Positions 35,852 to 45,254 of a stretch of 64,000 bases of DNA are shown one piece after another; within the stretch, counting starts at the first letter, position 1; each line of letters starts with the position of its first letter. The position numbers and the translations under genes were made by a program. The notes below the pieces were generated by a model. The model saw nothing but the letters and a program-made list of their open reading frames with translations, did no database searches and was not told where the DNA came from. The stretch is from Candidatus Omnitrophota bacterium. GTDB lineage: Bacteria; Omnitrophota; Omnitrophia; Omnitrophales; Aquincolibacteriaceae. The stretch is from positions 14,330 to 78,329 of the forward strand of contig JBAYVF010000002.1 in assembly GCA_041674705.1 (NCBI GenBank), in the 5' to 3' direction.

Positions 35852-38158
35852 ATGAGACTGCCGTTCTTGTGGGTAGCGCTGGGTTTTTCGTTCGGGATCG
35901 TCATGGAAAAGTATTGGAATTTTCCCGTCCGCTGGCTTGTGAGCGGACTTTTCGCGGGGATTCCTATTCTCTGGCTTTTTCGCGGGCGAAGGTGTTTTCT
36001 GGCTCTTTTTATTCTTCTCTTGGGTTGCTCAGGGATTCTTTGGGCGCGCCTGGATGCTTATGTCCCGGCGAATGCGGTTCAGAATTTTGTGAGCCCCGAG
36101 CGCATGACACTTCGGGGAATTGTCAATTCTTTGCCCGAAATGAAAAAGAGGGGAAAGAAGACCACGGTTTCGTTGATTCTTAAAGCGCGTTCGATCACAA
36201 GGCAAGAGGGTGGGCGACGGAAGTTCCGCAAAGTAAACGGTAATGTGCAAGTTTTTTTGCTCCAGTCACCGGTTCTTCCTCAGGCCGGGGATGAGCTTCG
36301 TCTCTATGGGGAGCTGAGTGCGCCGAAGCAGGTTCTGAACCCAGGAGAATTCGACTACGGAAGTTTTTTAGCTCAAAAAAACATCAGCGCCCTTTTTCAG
36401 ACGATCGGACAAAAAAGCGTTCGGGTGGTTCGGACAGGGTCGAGATTTTTGCCGGCCCGGATCCTGGCAGAAACACGGCGAAATTTAGCCGCGTTGATTG
36501 ATAGGCTTTACTCCGCTTCGGAGTCTGCGATCCTGAAGGCGCTGGTGCTGGGGTTGAGAAGCGATGTGGCGCCTGACGTCCGGAGCCAGTTCATGAAGAC
36601 CGGAACGATCCATTTGCTCGCGATCAGCGGATTGAATATCACGATGATCGCCGGAACTTTTTATCTGATCTTTCTTTTTTCGGGGCTCGGGTATCGCAAA
36701 ACCTCGTTTTTGACGATCCTGATCGTAACCCTTTACGTGGGGCTTGCCGGGGCCGGGATCCCGGTCCAACGCGCGGGGTACGGCTCCGTACTCGTGCTCG
36801 CAGGAGTTCTCATTGGACGGCCGGCAAACCTTTTGAACGCGCTTCTTTTTTCTTTTTTTATGATTCTCCTCTGGAATCCCAAAAGCCTTTGGAATATCGG
36901 ATTCCAACTTACTTTTCTCTGCGTTTTCTCTCTCATGCTGATCCTGCCGCTTTTGTCACAATTCAGCGCCTGGACCTTGTCGCTGGGTTCAAGTCTTGCG
37001 GTGCTTTTCGGGACTTTCCCCGTCGTTCTTTATCATTTCAATATTTTTTCGCCCGTGAGCATCCTCGCGAATCTCGCGGCGATACCGCTTTTTGACGCGG
37101 CTCTTTTCAGTGCGCTTTTCGCCCTGATCTTTAGCGGGGTGCCGCTCTTGAATATGCTTTTGATGAAGGGATCTTCCTGGATCCTCGGGATCGGGCTTCT
37201 CTGGGTGAAATATCTTTCCACGTGGCGGTGGGGATATTGGTTCCTGGAAAGACCGTCCCCGGGCCTGCTTGCCGCGTATTACGCAAGCCTGGCGATGATC
37301 CTGTTCTTTCATAAAAAGGTTTTTGGTGGAAAGCGTTTGCTGATGGGCTGTCTTATCGGTTGCTGGATCGTGTTTTCAATCTCGTTTTTTATCGGATCCG
37401 GAAAAGGATTCGAGCTCACCTTGCTCGCGAGTGGCAGGAACCAGATCGCGCACGCGCGCTTCGCGAGCGGGGCGCATTGGCTTTTAAATGCCGGACGAAA
37501 TTTTCCCTCCGACCAGGGCGAATGGCTAGTCGCGCCTTTTCTCAGGAATCGGGGGATCCAGCGATTGGAGGGAATCCTGATGGCCGATCTTTCCAAAAAG
37601 AACACCGGAGGTCTCGCCTCGATCTTGCGGGACTTTCCAATCCGTTATCTGCTTTATCCTGTTGCATCTTTGTACGGGCCGGAGGAGTTTTGTATAAACC
37701 TCCGGAAGCTGGGCCGCAAGGCGAAGACTTTTCAGTCGGGAGATGAGGTCCGGATGGGGCCGGAGAAAATACGGGTGATCGCCGAGTCGCCAAAAGGGGC
37801 TGCTTTCTTGATTGAATCGGGTCCTTGGCATATCCTTTTTATCTCTCGGTGGGAGGGCGAGATCTTCGCTCAACTTCTCGTGAGCGGCGAGCTTGAAATC
37901 CACGCAGTTTTCTTGCCAGGAGCCGTGCGGGAGATTCCGGGTGAGTTTCAAGATTGGTTGGACCGGGCCCGGCCCTTGCTGGTTATTTTGCCGGACTTGC
38001 CTCAGGAGCTTGCGGCATATTTGACTTCCCGTCGCGTCCCGTATCTTGATCTGAAGAATACCGGGGCGTTGCGTTTTAGAAGAAACGGCCCCCGGCTCGA
38101 GCTCGCGTCGTTCCTGTGGGGGTCTTTGGGCGTTTACTCGTATCCATATTCAGGCTAA
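35852..38158 (+). CDS. comEC: ComEC/Rec2 DNA-internalisation channel with C-terminal metallo-beta-lactamase-like domain
   Basis: Multi-TM competence domain (TGTIHLLAISGLNITMIAG). Start moved to MRLPFLWVAL (35852) because the track start 35729 lies inside the repeat element. Confidence 0.85.
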   Translation: MRLPFLWVALGFSFGIVMEKYWNFPVRWLVSGLFAGIPILWLFRGRRCFLALFILLLGCSGILWARLDAYVPANAVQNFVSPERMTLRGIVNSLPEMKKRGKKTTVSLILKARSITRQEGGRRKFRKVNGNVQVFLLQSPVLPQAGDELRLYGELSAPKQVLNPGEFDYGSFLAQKNISALFQTIGQKSVRVVRTGSRFLPARILAETRRNLAALIDRLYSASESAILKALVLGLRSDVAPDVRSQFMKTGTIHLLAISGLNITMIAGTFYLIFLFSGLGYRKTSFLTILIVTLYVGLAGAGIPVQRAGYGSVLVLAGVLIGRPANLLNALLFSFFMILLWNPKSLWNIGFQLTFLCVFSLMLILPLLSQFSAWTLSLGSSLAVLFGTFPVVLYHFNIFSPVSILANLAAIPLFDAALFSALFALIFSGVPLLNMLLMKGSSWILGIGLLWVKYLSTWRWGYWFLERPSPGLLAAYYASLAMILFFHKKVFGGKRLLMGCLIGCWIVFSISFFIGSGKGFELTLLASGRNQIAHARFASGAHWLLNAGRNFPSDQGEWLVAPFLRNRGIQRLEGILMADLSKKNTGGLASILRDFPIRYLLYPVASLYGPEEFCINLRKLGRKAKTFQSGDEVRMGPEKIRVIAESPKGAAFLIESGPWHILFISRWEGEIFAQLLVSGELEIHAVFLPGAVREIPGEFQDWLDRARPLLVILPDLPQELAAYLTSRRVPYLDLKNTGALRFRRNGPRLELASFLWGSLGVYSYPYSG

Positions 38159-38253
38159 GAGCAATCCCAGTGCGATGAGGCATGCTCGCGAGACGGAACG
38201 GGCATGGTGGCGGACAGGAATCACCTCTCGAAATCGGCTGTTCACTCGCTCCA

Positions 38254-38335
38254 GTCCCAATACTTATTAATTTCAACGAAGTTGAAATTGGGGCTGCCCT
38301 GATTACCCGGAGATTCTATATTTGTGAATCAGGGC
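38254..38335 (-). ncRNA. copy 2 (reverse orientation) of the ~83-nt two-hairpin element
   Basis: On the minus strand: SL1 gccctgatt/aatcagggc, then gccccaatttcaac ttc gttgaaatt aataagtattgggac. Confidence 0.4.
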
Positions 38336-38634
38336 TGCGGCGAGTGCCAGCCTGCGCTCTCGCTGATGGAATCCGTTCTTTGGGGAACGGAACCAAGCTT
38401 CCATCAGCTCCGAGAGCTTTCTCGTGATGATTCCTGTCCGTCGAGTGAAGTTGAGCGCGCGAGCGAAGATCGCCTCGCCGGGGCGATCTGAGCGTTGTCG
38501 AAGCGCATTGGGATTGATTCCAAAATAACGATTGAAAATGGGATGTATTGGGGCATTTCTATTGACAATTTTTCTGGGCCCATGATATAGTAACGCCTCG
38601 CAAATTTTCCTAACCCGAAGATTGTAAACGACTT

Positions 38635-41631
38635 ATGAAAATCTCGAAGGTTTTTGCCTTCATTTTTATACTGCTTCTCCCGCACTCTTTCGCCTCCGCG
38701 GATTGGGTCTGGTCTCCCGAACAAGGGAAATTCATCAACACCGAATCCGAGACTCAAAGTGGCGCTGATGATATCTTCGATAACGCCCTGGATCTTTACA
38801 AAGAAAAGAAGCTCGACAAGGCGGCCGAACAATTCAAGCTGGTCCTGAAGCAATATCCCAAGTCCCGGGTTGCCCCTGAATCGCAATACCGTCTTGGAAC
38901 GATCGCCGAAGAGATGGGCGATTATGTGGAAGCCCACAAAGCCTACCAGGCTCTGATCCAATCCTATCCCCAGAGTGAGCGCTTTGAAGAAGTGATTGAG
39001 CGCGAATATCAAATTGGGAGCATGTTCCTTTCCGGAAAAAAAGGAAAGCTTTTGGGGCTCGATATCCGTCCATCCCTGCCGCTGGCCATCGAAGTTTTCC
39101 AAAAGATCGTGACAGCAGCGCCTTACGGGGCGTTTGGGGACAAAGCCCAGTTCAGCCTTGGGGTTGCTTATCAAAAATCCGGGCAACTTGATAATTCCGT
39201 GGAAGCTTTTCAGGCCTTGATCGATCAATACCCTCAAAGCAGCCTGCTCCAGCAAGCGCGCCTTCAGATGGCTCAGGTTTCTTATGCCAAATCCTCCAGT
39301 CAGGTACGCGACCAGGGTGCGCTGGACGAAGCGGCTCGCCAGGCGCAAAGCTACCTCAAACGATATCCAGGCTCCAAAGAAGCCGAGGAAGCCGAAAAGA
39401 TCACCCGGGAAGTGGATGAGTTGAACGCGGAAAAGAACTACCGGATCGGTCTCTATTACGAAAAAGAAAATTATCTCGAAAGCGCGCTGATCTATTACCG
39501 TGATACCGCGAAGCGCTATCCGAGCACAAATTGGGGACAGAAGGCCGCGGAAAAGCTTCATTCGCTCCAGGAACCGGTGAAATATCTGAATGCCAAGGCC
39601 GAGGAGTTGCAGAAAGAATTAAGCGCTCTGGAAGCGAGATATCAGGCGTTGGGGTCGGGGAAGAAGGCCGAGAGGACGCAGCTGAAAAAAGAGATCGGCC
39701 AGATGAAAAAGCGCATTAAAGCCATCCAGAAGAACAAATCCGAGAGTTTGGATCGTCGCAAAAAAGATTTGAAACGCCGCGAACGTGAACTGAATGAGAG
39801 GTTCAAGGACCTCGAACGTAAGAAGAAGCGTTTCAAGGATAATACATCGCCCGAATTCCAAAAAGCCATCGATCGATGGCAGCGATCCCTTGAAGCCGAG
39901 CGTGATGCGCTTGCCGAAGAAAAGGTCCGGCTTGAATCCTGGCGCTCCGAAATGGGGATCCCGGATGAAAAGTTCTTTGAGAGTCTGATCCCGTTCATGG
40001 GGCAGTCCGAAACGCCGCTCCAAAAGATCCAGCGCATCGATGAAAAAGAACTCTATAAACTTTCCCAGAAGAAGAAAGAGCTTCTTGAAAAGAAGGAAAA
40101 ACTCTACAAGCGTTACAGCGAGCTGCAGTCTTTGTTGACCCCCGAACGTTCCGAGAGCGGCTTGAAACGGAAACGCCTGCGGGGTGTCGCGGCGAAAGAT
40201 CCCGCGAAGTCCACCGATCCGAAGCTTTTGGCGCGTGAGAAAGAGATCGAAGCGATGGAGGCCAAGTTGGACGCGAAGATGGCTCTCTATGAAAAGCATT
40301 TTGGCAAGCTCGCCGAGCAGGAGCTCGAGGCCATGATCGAAAGCCGCTCGACGCCCAAGGCGGCTTTTAACCCCTTCACTGCCGGGGCCGGCGACCTTCA
40401 AAAGAAGAATCTTGAAGAATTGCTCGAGCTGAAAATGCATCTTAGCGAGCAGATCAAGACACAGCAGGATATAGTGGAAACGCTTTCTACCGCTTTTGAT
40501 AAAGAGTTAGCCTTGAGAGAACAGCGCGCCATGATGAAATCCCTCGAAGACAACAAAGAAGTGGATGTGCGTAAACTCCGCAAGAAGATCAAAGGTGTGG
40601 AAAAAGAGCTTCGCAAACGTTATCAGGAAATTCAGGATCGCCAAAAGAGCAAGACGAAGCTTCTTGCCGAATTGGATCAGGCGCTGAATCCGAAGCAGGA
40701 AAAGGGGAAGGTCCTGAAGACCCTCGCAAAACCGGTCACAGGTCCCGCCTATCTGGTCAAAGCCTTCTTTTTTGGGCTTCCGAACGAAGATGTTACTTTG
40801 ACGGATGCCGCGAAGAAACCTGGCTCCAACGCAAAGGCCAAGGAGCTTCAGGAAGGGATCGAGCTGGAAAGTCTGATGATCCAGGCGCAGGCGGAAGAGA
40901 TCAATAAGCTTGAAAAGGAACTGGAGATCCTGAACGCGAAGGCCTCGCTTGCCGGAGGCATGAAGTTCCGTTCCTCATTCGTGAAGGTTCCTTACACTTT
41001 CATTGAAGAAGCGATCCAAAGCGCGCGTCGTGTGGTTCCGAGAAAGAACCGGAAGGATGTGCTTCTGAACCGTTTGGACCATCAGACCCAGGAGCTTGAC
41101 CGGTTTAAGGCCGAGCTGGAGGCCACGGAGGCCATGATCAAGGAAAAGACGCCTGTGGTTGTTCCTCCGACCCCAAGCGATACGGCGGTTCCGGAAGCAG
41201 GCGCGGAGAAAAAGGAGAAAGCCGAGCCGATCCCGGATGAGAAACAGCTTCGCGACGATGCCATGAACTTACGAGAGCAGCTGGAGATCTCTTACAGTAT
41301 TTATGCCCAAGAGCAAGGGGTTGCGCTGGGGGATACCGACAAACAAGAAGCTCCCACGGACGCCGAAGGCGCCAAGCGATATAAAGAATTCAAGGAAGTG
41401 GGAGCGGAACTTGTTAGCGTGATCGATCAGGAGCTCGCCATGGAGCAGCAGGAAAAAGCGATCCTTGAAAAAAGGATCGCGGAAGCTGACAAAGTAATGC
41501 CGACCGTGACTTCCAAGGCCATGCAACAGGATCTTGAGACCGAAAAGGACCGCATCGGGCAGCGTCTTTCGGATCTCGCCACGCGGCATGATTTTCTTTC
41601 CAAAGAAAAAGAACGTTTTACCGCCAAGTAA
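38635..41631 (+). CDS. secreted TPR protein (BamD/YbgF-like N-terminal region) with ~700-aa Lys/Glu-rich coiled coil
   Basis: Signal peptide. TPR repeats (ALDLYKEKKLDKAAEQFKLVLKQYPKSRVAPESQYRLG...). The remainder is heptad-like, charged and low-complexity. Confidence 0.75.
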   Translation: MKISKVFAFIFILLLPHSFASADWVWSPEQGKFINTESETQSGADDIFDNALDLYKEKKLDKAAEQFKLVLKQYPKSRVAPESQYRLGTIAEEMGDYVEAHKAYQALIQSYPQSERFEEVIEREYQIGSMFLSGKKGKLLGLDIRPSLPLAIEVFQKIVTAAPYGAFGDKAQFSLGVAYQKSGQLDNSVEAFQALIDQYPQSSLLQQARLQMAQVSYAKSSSQVRDQGALDEAARQAQSYLKRYPGSKEAEEAEKITREVDELNAEKNYRIGLYYEKENYLESALIYYRDTAKRYPSTNWGQKAAEKLHSLQEPVKYLNAKAEELQKELSALEARYQALGSGKKAERTQLKKEIGQMKKRIKAIQKNKSESLDRRKKDLKRRERELNERFKDLERKKKRFKDNTSPEFQKAIDRWQRSLEAERDALAEEKVRLESWRSEMGIPDEKFFESLIPFMGQSETPLQKIQRIDEKELYKLSQKKKELLEKKEKLYKRYSELQSLLTPERSESGLKRKRLRGVAAKDPAKSTDPKLLAREKEIEAMEAKLDAKMALYEKHFGKLAEQELEAMIESRSTPKAAFNPFTAGAGDLQKKNLEELLELKMHLSEQIKTQQDIVETLSTAFDKELALREQRAMMKSLEDNKEVDVRKLRKKIKGVEKELRKRYQEIQDRQKSKTKLLAELDQALNPKQEKGKVLKTLAKPVTGPAYLVKAFFFGLPNEDVTLTDAAKKPGSNAKAKELQEGIELESLMIQAQAEEINKLEKELEILNAKASLAGGMKFRSSFVKVPYTFIEEAIQSARRVVPRKNRKDVLLNRLDHQTQELDRFKAELEATEAMIKEKTPVVVPPTPSDTAVPEAGAEKKEKAEPIPDEKQLRDDAMNLREQLEISYSIYAQEQGVALGDTDKQEAPTDAEGAKRYKEFKEVGAELVSVIDQELAMEQQEKAILEKRIAEADKVMPTVTSKAMQQDLETEKDRIGQRLSDLATRHDFLSKEKERFTAK

Positions 41632-41644
41632 CGAACGAGGACTT

Positions 41645-42172
41645 ATGATAAAAAATATTCGAGTGCTGGGAGTTTGGGGCTTAGTGGCGATGATGGCCTT
41701 GAGCGGGTGCGGTTATACCCGTAAGACCGTGCTTCCGCGCAATATCAAAACGATCTACGTTGAGACCGTGAAGAACAAACTCGACGCCGAGAAACTTTAC
41801 GCTTATCAGCCCGGGCTTGAAATGGATATCACCAACGCGGTGATCCAGAGGCTTCAACAAGACGGCACTCTCAAGGTTGTGGAACAGCAAAAGGCCGATG
41901 CGATCCTGAAAACGGATCTCATGTCTCTGGAGCAGGAGGGGCTGCGGTTCAATTCGCTGGAAGGGGTCTCGCAATACCGTCTTTTTATCGTTGTCGGGTT
42001 GAAGCTCGTGGATGCAAAAACGGGAGAACTTATCTGGGAAGAACCGAACTTCTCGGGAGATACCGAGTACTATGTCACCACCGTGACATCGATCGGCCAG
42101 CAGAAGGCCTCCGTCGATGCTGTTCATCGTCTCGCTTATAACATCGCGGATCGCATTACCGAAGACTGGTAA
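41645..42172 (+). CDS. lptE: LPS-assembly lipoprotein LptE-like
   Basis: Lipobox LSGCGY. Its position directly upstream of holA matches the conserved lptE-holA arrangement. Confidence 0.6.
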   Translation: MIKNIRVLGVWGLVAMMALSGCGYTRKTVLPRNIKTIYVETVKNKLDAEKLYAYQPGLEMDITNAVIQRLQQDGTLKVVEQQKADAILKTDLMSLEQEGLRFNSLEGVSQYRLFIVVGLKLVDAKTGELIWEEPNFSGDTEYYVTTVTSIGQQKASVDAVHRLAYNIADRITEDW

Positions 42173-43137
42173 TGTCTTCTTCCTTATCGTCCCTCGTGAA
42201 TACTGACGTTTTCCTCATCTCCGGCGACGCGTTCCTCCGAACACAAAAAACCAAGGCCCTTGCTACTGAGATCGAAAAAAGATCAGGCGGCTCTCTCGCG
42301 CATCAGACCTTCAATCTCGACGAAACGCCTCTCGAAACGGTTCTTGCTGCCGCACGGACCCTTCCATTCTTTTCATCCGGACAGGTGATCTACGCTCAGG
42401 GCGCGGGATCACTGAAGGAGCCGGATCTGTCAGTGCTGGCCTCTTATCTTGAGAAACCCATGTCCGGGACCACGCTTATTCTCGAAGCGGATGATCTGAA
42501 AGGCGCCTCGGAACTTCAAAAACTCATCAAAGCTAAAGGACAACTGATCCTTCTGGCCAAAGAGGAAGCTCGAGGGGCGGGCGCGACGTTCATTCAACAA
42601 AAGCTTATGCAGTATCAAAAAACGATGGTCCCGGGCGCCAAGGCGCGGATCCTTGCCATGTGCGGGGATGCGGTGATGTTTCTGGACACTATCCTGGAAC
42701 GGCTCGTGCAGTTCGCGGGCGATCAGCGCGAGATCGACGAAGACATGGTCAACCGGTTCGAAGAGAACTGGACGGAGATGGATGTTTTCAAACTTACCAA
42801 TGCCTTGGTCGATCGCGATCCGGCAAGGGCGCTGAAGGTTTTTCGCGACTTGATGGAGTTTTATGAGGCGGATCTTTTTTCCCTGGTCGGGATCCTGCAC
42901 TGGCAGCTCCGGCAATTATGGCAAGCGGCCATGCTTTTAACTTCAGGAGTTTCCGAACGCGAGATCTGTTCTAAACTCCGGATGTCCCCGAGCCGTCTGA
43001 ACGCGCTCAGGCGATTTCCAGTCGAGCGATTAGAATCGGCTGTCGAGGCCCTTTACCAGATCGACCGGAAGTCCAAGAGTGGGCAAGTCGAAGGTGTTTC
43101 AGGATTGGAAGCCTGGCTTTTGGAGTATACATCATAA
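42172..43137 (+). CDS. holA: DNA polymerase III subunit delta
   Basis: TAATG overlap with lptE. VFLISGDAFL N-terminus, with length and helical C-terminus typical of HolA. Confidence 0.8.
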   Translation: MSSSLSSLVNTDVFLISGDAFLRTQKTKALATEIEKRSGGSLAHQTFNLDETPLETVLAAARTLPFFSSGQVIYAQGAGSLKEPDLSVLASYLEKPMSGTTLILEADDLKGASELQKLIKAKGQLILLAKEEARGAGATFIQQKLMQYQKTMVPGAKARILAMCGDAVMFLDTILERLVQFAGDQREIDEDMVNRFEENWTEMDVFKLTNALVDRDPARALKVFRDLMEFYEADLFSLVGILHWQLRQLWQAAMLLTSGVSEREICSKLRMSPSRLNALRRFPVERLESAVEALYQIDRKSKSGQVEGVSGLEAWLLEYTS

Positions 43138-43177
43138 AAAAAAGGACAGGCATGAATAAACTTGCCTGTCCCTTTTA
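43136..43177. terminator. bidirectional terminator between convergent holA and rpsT
   Basis: aaaaaaaa ggacaggca tgaataaact tgcctgtcc cttttaat. Confidence 0.7.
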
Positions 43178-43195
43178 ATAAAACAGTGGTAAGAA

Positions 43196-43459
43196 TTACT
43201 TTTTCTTGATCTTGGCGAGGAAAAGCGCGATACGGGATTTTCTCCGGTCGGCACGGCCGTGCGGGATCACACCTTTGGAGACCGCATGGTCATAACGGGC
43301 GACCAGGGTGGCTCCGACGCTTTGGGCCTTTTCAGGCTCGGAGGCGAGCTGGGCCAGTTTCTTGCTGAGAGATTTCAGCTCAGAGAGAACGGCCATGTTC
43401 TTCGCGCGTTTTTTAGCATCACTTCGAATACGTTTTGCAGCAGAACGAATATTGGGCAT
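43196..43459 (-). CDS. rpsT: 30S ribosomal protein S20
   Basis: MPNIRSAAKRIRSDAKKRAKN... 87 aa. The longer track ORF (to 43642) is an upstream extension. Confidence 0.9.
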   Translation of the reverse strand: MPNIRSAAKRIRSDAKKRAKNMAVLSELKSLSKKLAQLASEPEKAQSVGATLVARYDHAVSKGVIPHGRADRRKSRIALFLAKIKKK

Positions 43460-43562
43460 TTCGATGACTCCTTTAGGTGGAAAAAGTGGCGGTAATGTAA
43501 CACGGGGTGCGAGCTCTGTCAACGAGGTTCCCCACACCCATGCCTCGGGGAAGCGGCATCTG

Positions 43563-45149
43563 ATGAAGGCCGCCGCGGTCGTGGGGATCATGACGCTAGT
43601 GGGCCGGGTCCTCGGGCTTTTCCGGGATATTGTGAGCGCCAAAACTTTCGGGACAAGCTGGCAGTGGGACGCTTTTCTTTACGCGTTCATGTTGCCGAAT
43701 CTTTTCCGGCGGATCGTGGGGGAAGGCGGGCTTACGAGCGCTTTCATACCGGTCTATAACGAGATCTCGGCGAAAGTTAGTAAGGAAGAGGCGTTCCGTT
43801 TCACCAGCATCACTGTGACGTTTCTGGCCTGCATGCTTTTTGTTTTTATCCTCGCTGTGGAGGGGCTCCTGGCTCTTCTGATCGGGATCGGCTTTCGTTC
43901 TCCGACCGTGATGCTCACGCTCGATCTTTCCCGGGTCCTTTTTCCGTACCTCTGGTTTATCTCGCTTTATGCGATCGGAATGGGCGTTCTGAACAGTCAC
44001 CGTCACTTTTTTGCCCCGTCGCTCGGAGGCCCGATCCTCGATCTGGTCTGGATCGTGGGAGTGCTTTGGGTGCCCGCGTGGGCGGCCGGGGATTACGTCG
44101 AAAGGATCCGCTGGCTTTCGTACGCGATCCTCTTCGGCGGCTTTTTGCATGTGGCCGTGGAGATCCCGCCGCTTTTGAAGATCGGTTTCCGCTTCCGGTG
44201 GATCTGGGATATGAGTTATGTGTGGCTTAAAAAAGTTTGGACCTTGCTTTTGCCCGTCACACTGAGTTTTGCGGTCGTGCAGATCAATATCACCATCGAT
44301 ATGACGCTCGGGATGCTGATCGGCCCCGGGGCGAACTCGAGCCTTTGGTACGGGAACCGCCTGATGCAATTTCCGCTTGGGATCTTCGCGCTCGCGATGG
44401 GAACGGTGCTTCTTCCGATGATGAGCCAGCAGATCGCGCGGGGCGAGAAGGAAGCTTCCAAGAAAACGCTTTCTTTCGCGCTCAGAAGCATTTTCTTTAT
44501 CATCCTGCCATCGTCGGTCGGGCTGATCGTGCTTCGCGAACCGATCATGCGCGTTCTTTTTGAACGCGGAGAATTCGATGCTGTTTCGACTGCCCGTAGC
44601 GCCGCGGTACTTTTGGGCTACACGATCGGGCTTTTTGCGTTCGCGGGACAAAAGATCATGAATAGTGGCTACTATGCGGCCCATGATTCCAAAACGCCGA
44701 TGAGGACCTCCATGGTCTCTCTTTGCTCCAATATAGTTCTGAGTTTGATCCTGATGGTGCCATTCAGGGAGGCGGGACTTGCGATCGCGACCTCCATTTC
44801 CGGGATCTTCCAGTTCGGGCAGTTGATCTATTATTATCCGAAAAAAGTGGGCGAATTCCCGTTCCGCGAAGTCGCATACTCTTTTCTCAGGATCCTTCTT
44901 GCGTCGGTGGTCATGGGGTTCGTTTGTTATGGAAGCTGGGAACTTCTCAAATTCTGGATCCCCGGTGCGAGTACCCGCGCGCAATTCGTGCAGGTATTCG
45001 GCAGTATCCTGATCGCGACGGTCTCATACCTCGGGATCTGTTTTGTGTGCCGCGTGCCGGAGGTGAAAGAAGCCTTTGCCTGGTTCCGGAAAAAGAAAAA
45101 GATCGCCGCAGATCCCTCGGAAGCTGAAAAGCTGATCGATGGAACATGA
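43563..45149 (+). CDS. murJ: lipid II flippase MurJ/MviN
   Basis: MKAAAVVGIMTLVGRVLGLFRDIVSAKTFG N-terminus, ~14 TM segments. The track start 43308 overlaps rpsT and is rejected. Confidence 0.9.
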   Translation: MKAAAVVGIMTLVGRVLGLFRDIVSAKTFGTSWQWDAFLYAFMLPNLFRRIVGEGGLTSAFIPVYNEISAKVSKEEAFRFTSITVTFLACMLFVFILAVEGLLALLIGIGFRSPTVMLTLDLSRVLFPYLWFISLYAIGMGVLNSHRHFFAPSLGGPILDLVWIVGVLWVPAWAAGDYVERIRWLSYAILFGGFLHVAVEIPPLLKIGFRFRWIWDMSYVWLKKVWTLLLPVTLSFAVVQINITIDMTLGMLIGPGANSSLWYGNRLMQFPLGIFALAMGTVLLPMMSQQIARGEKEASKKTLSFALRSIFFIILPSSVGLIVLREPIMRVLFERGEFDAVSTARSAAVLLGYTIGLFAFAGQKIMNSGYYAAHDSKTPMRTSMVSLCSNIVLSLILMVPFREAGLAIATSISGIFQFGQLIYYYPKKVGEFPFREVAYSFLRILLASVVMGFVCYGSWELLKFWIPGASTRAQFVQVFGSILIATVSYLGICFVCRVPEVKEAFAWFRKKKKIAADPSEAEKLIDGT

Positions 45150-45154
45150 CAATA

Positions 45155-45237
45155 GTAGGTAGTAGGTGGTATGTAGTATGTGGTAAGAAAAAATCGAGAT
45201 TGGTTTTGCTACCTACTACCTACCACTTACTACATAC
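45155..45237. repeat. heptamer-unit inverted repeat downstream of murJ stop
   Basis: gtaggta gtaggtg gtatgta gtatgtg gtaag ... ctaccta ctaccta ccactta ctacata c. Confidence 0.8.
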
Positions 45238-45254
45238 GCTTTTAGAAGGTTCTG

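Noticed and set aside
43308-43562. Upstream-extended starts given by the ORF track (murJ at 43308 overlapping rpsT; rpsT to 43642; comEC at 35729; lptE at 41534; MFP at 12006; PP2C at 18864; others)
   Set aside because: The extensions overlap neighbouring genes or repeat elements and lack an RBS. Internal ATGs with SD-like sequences give N-termini that match family expectations (for example MPNIRSAAKR for S20, MKAAAVVG for MurJ).
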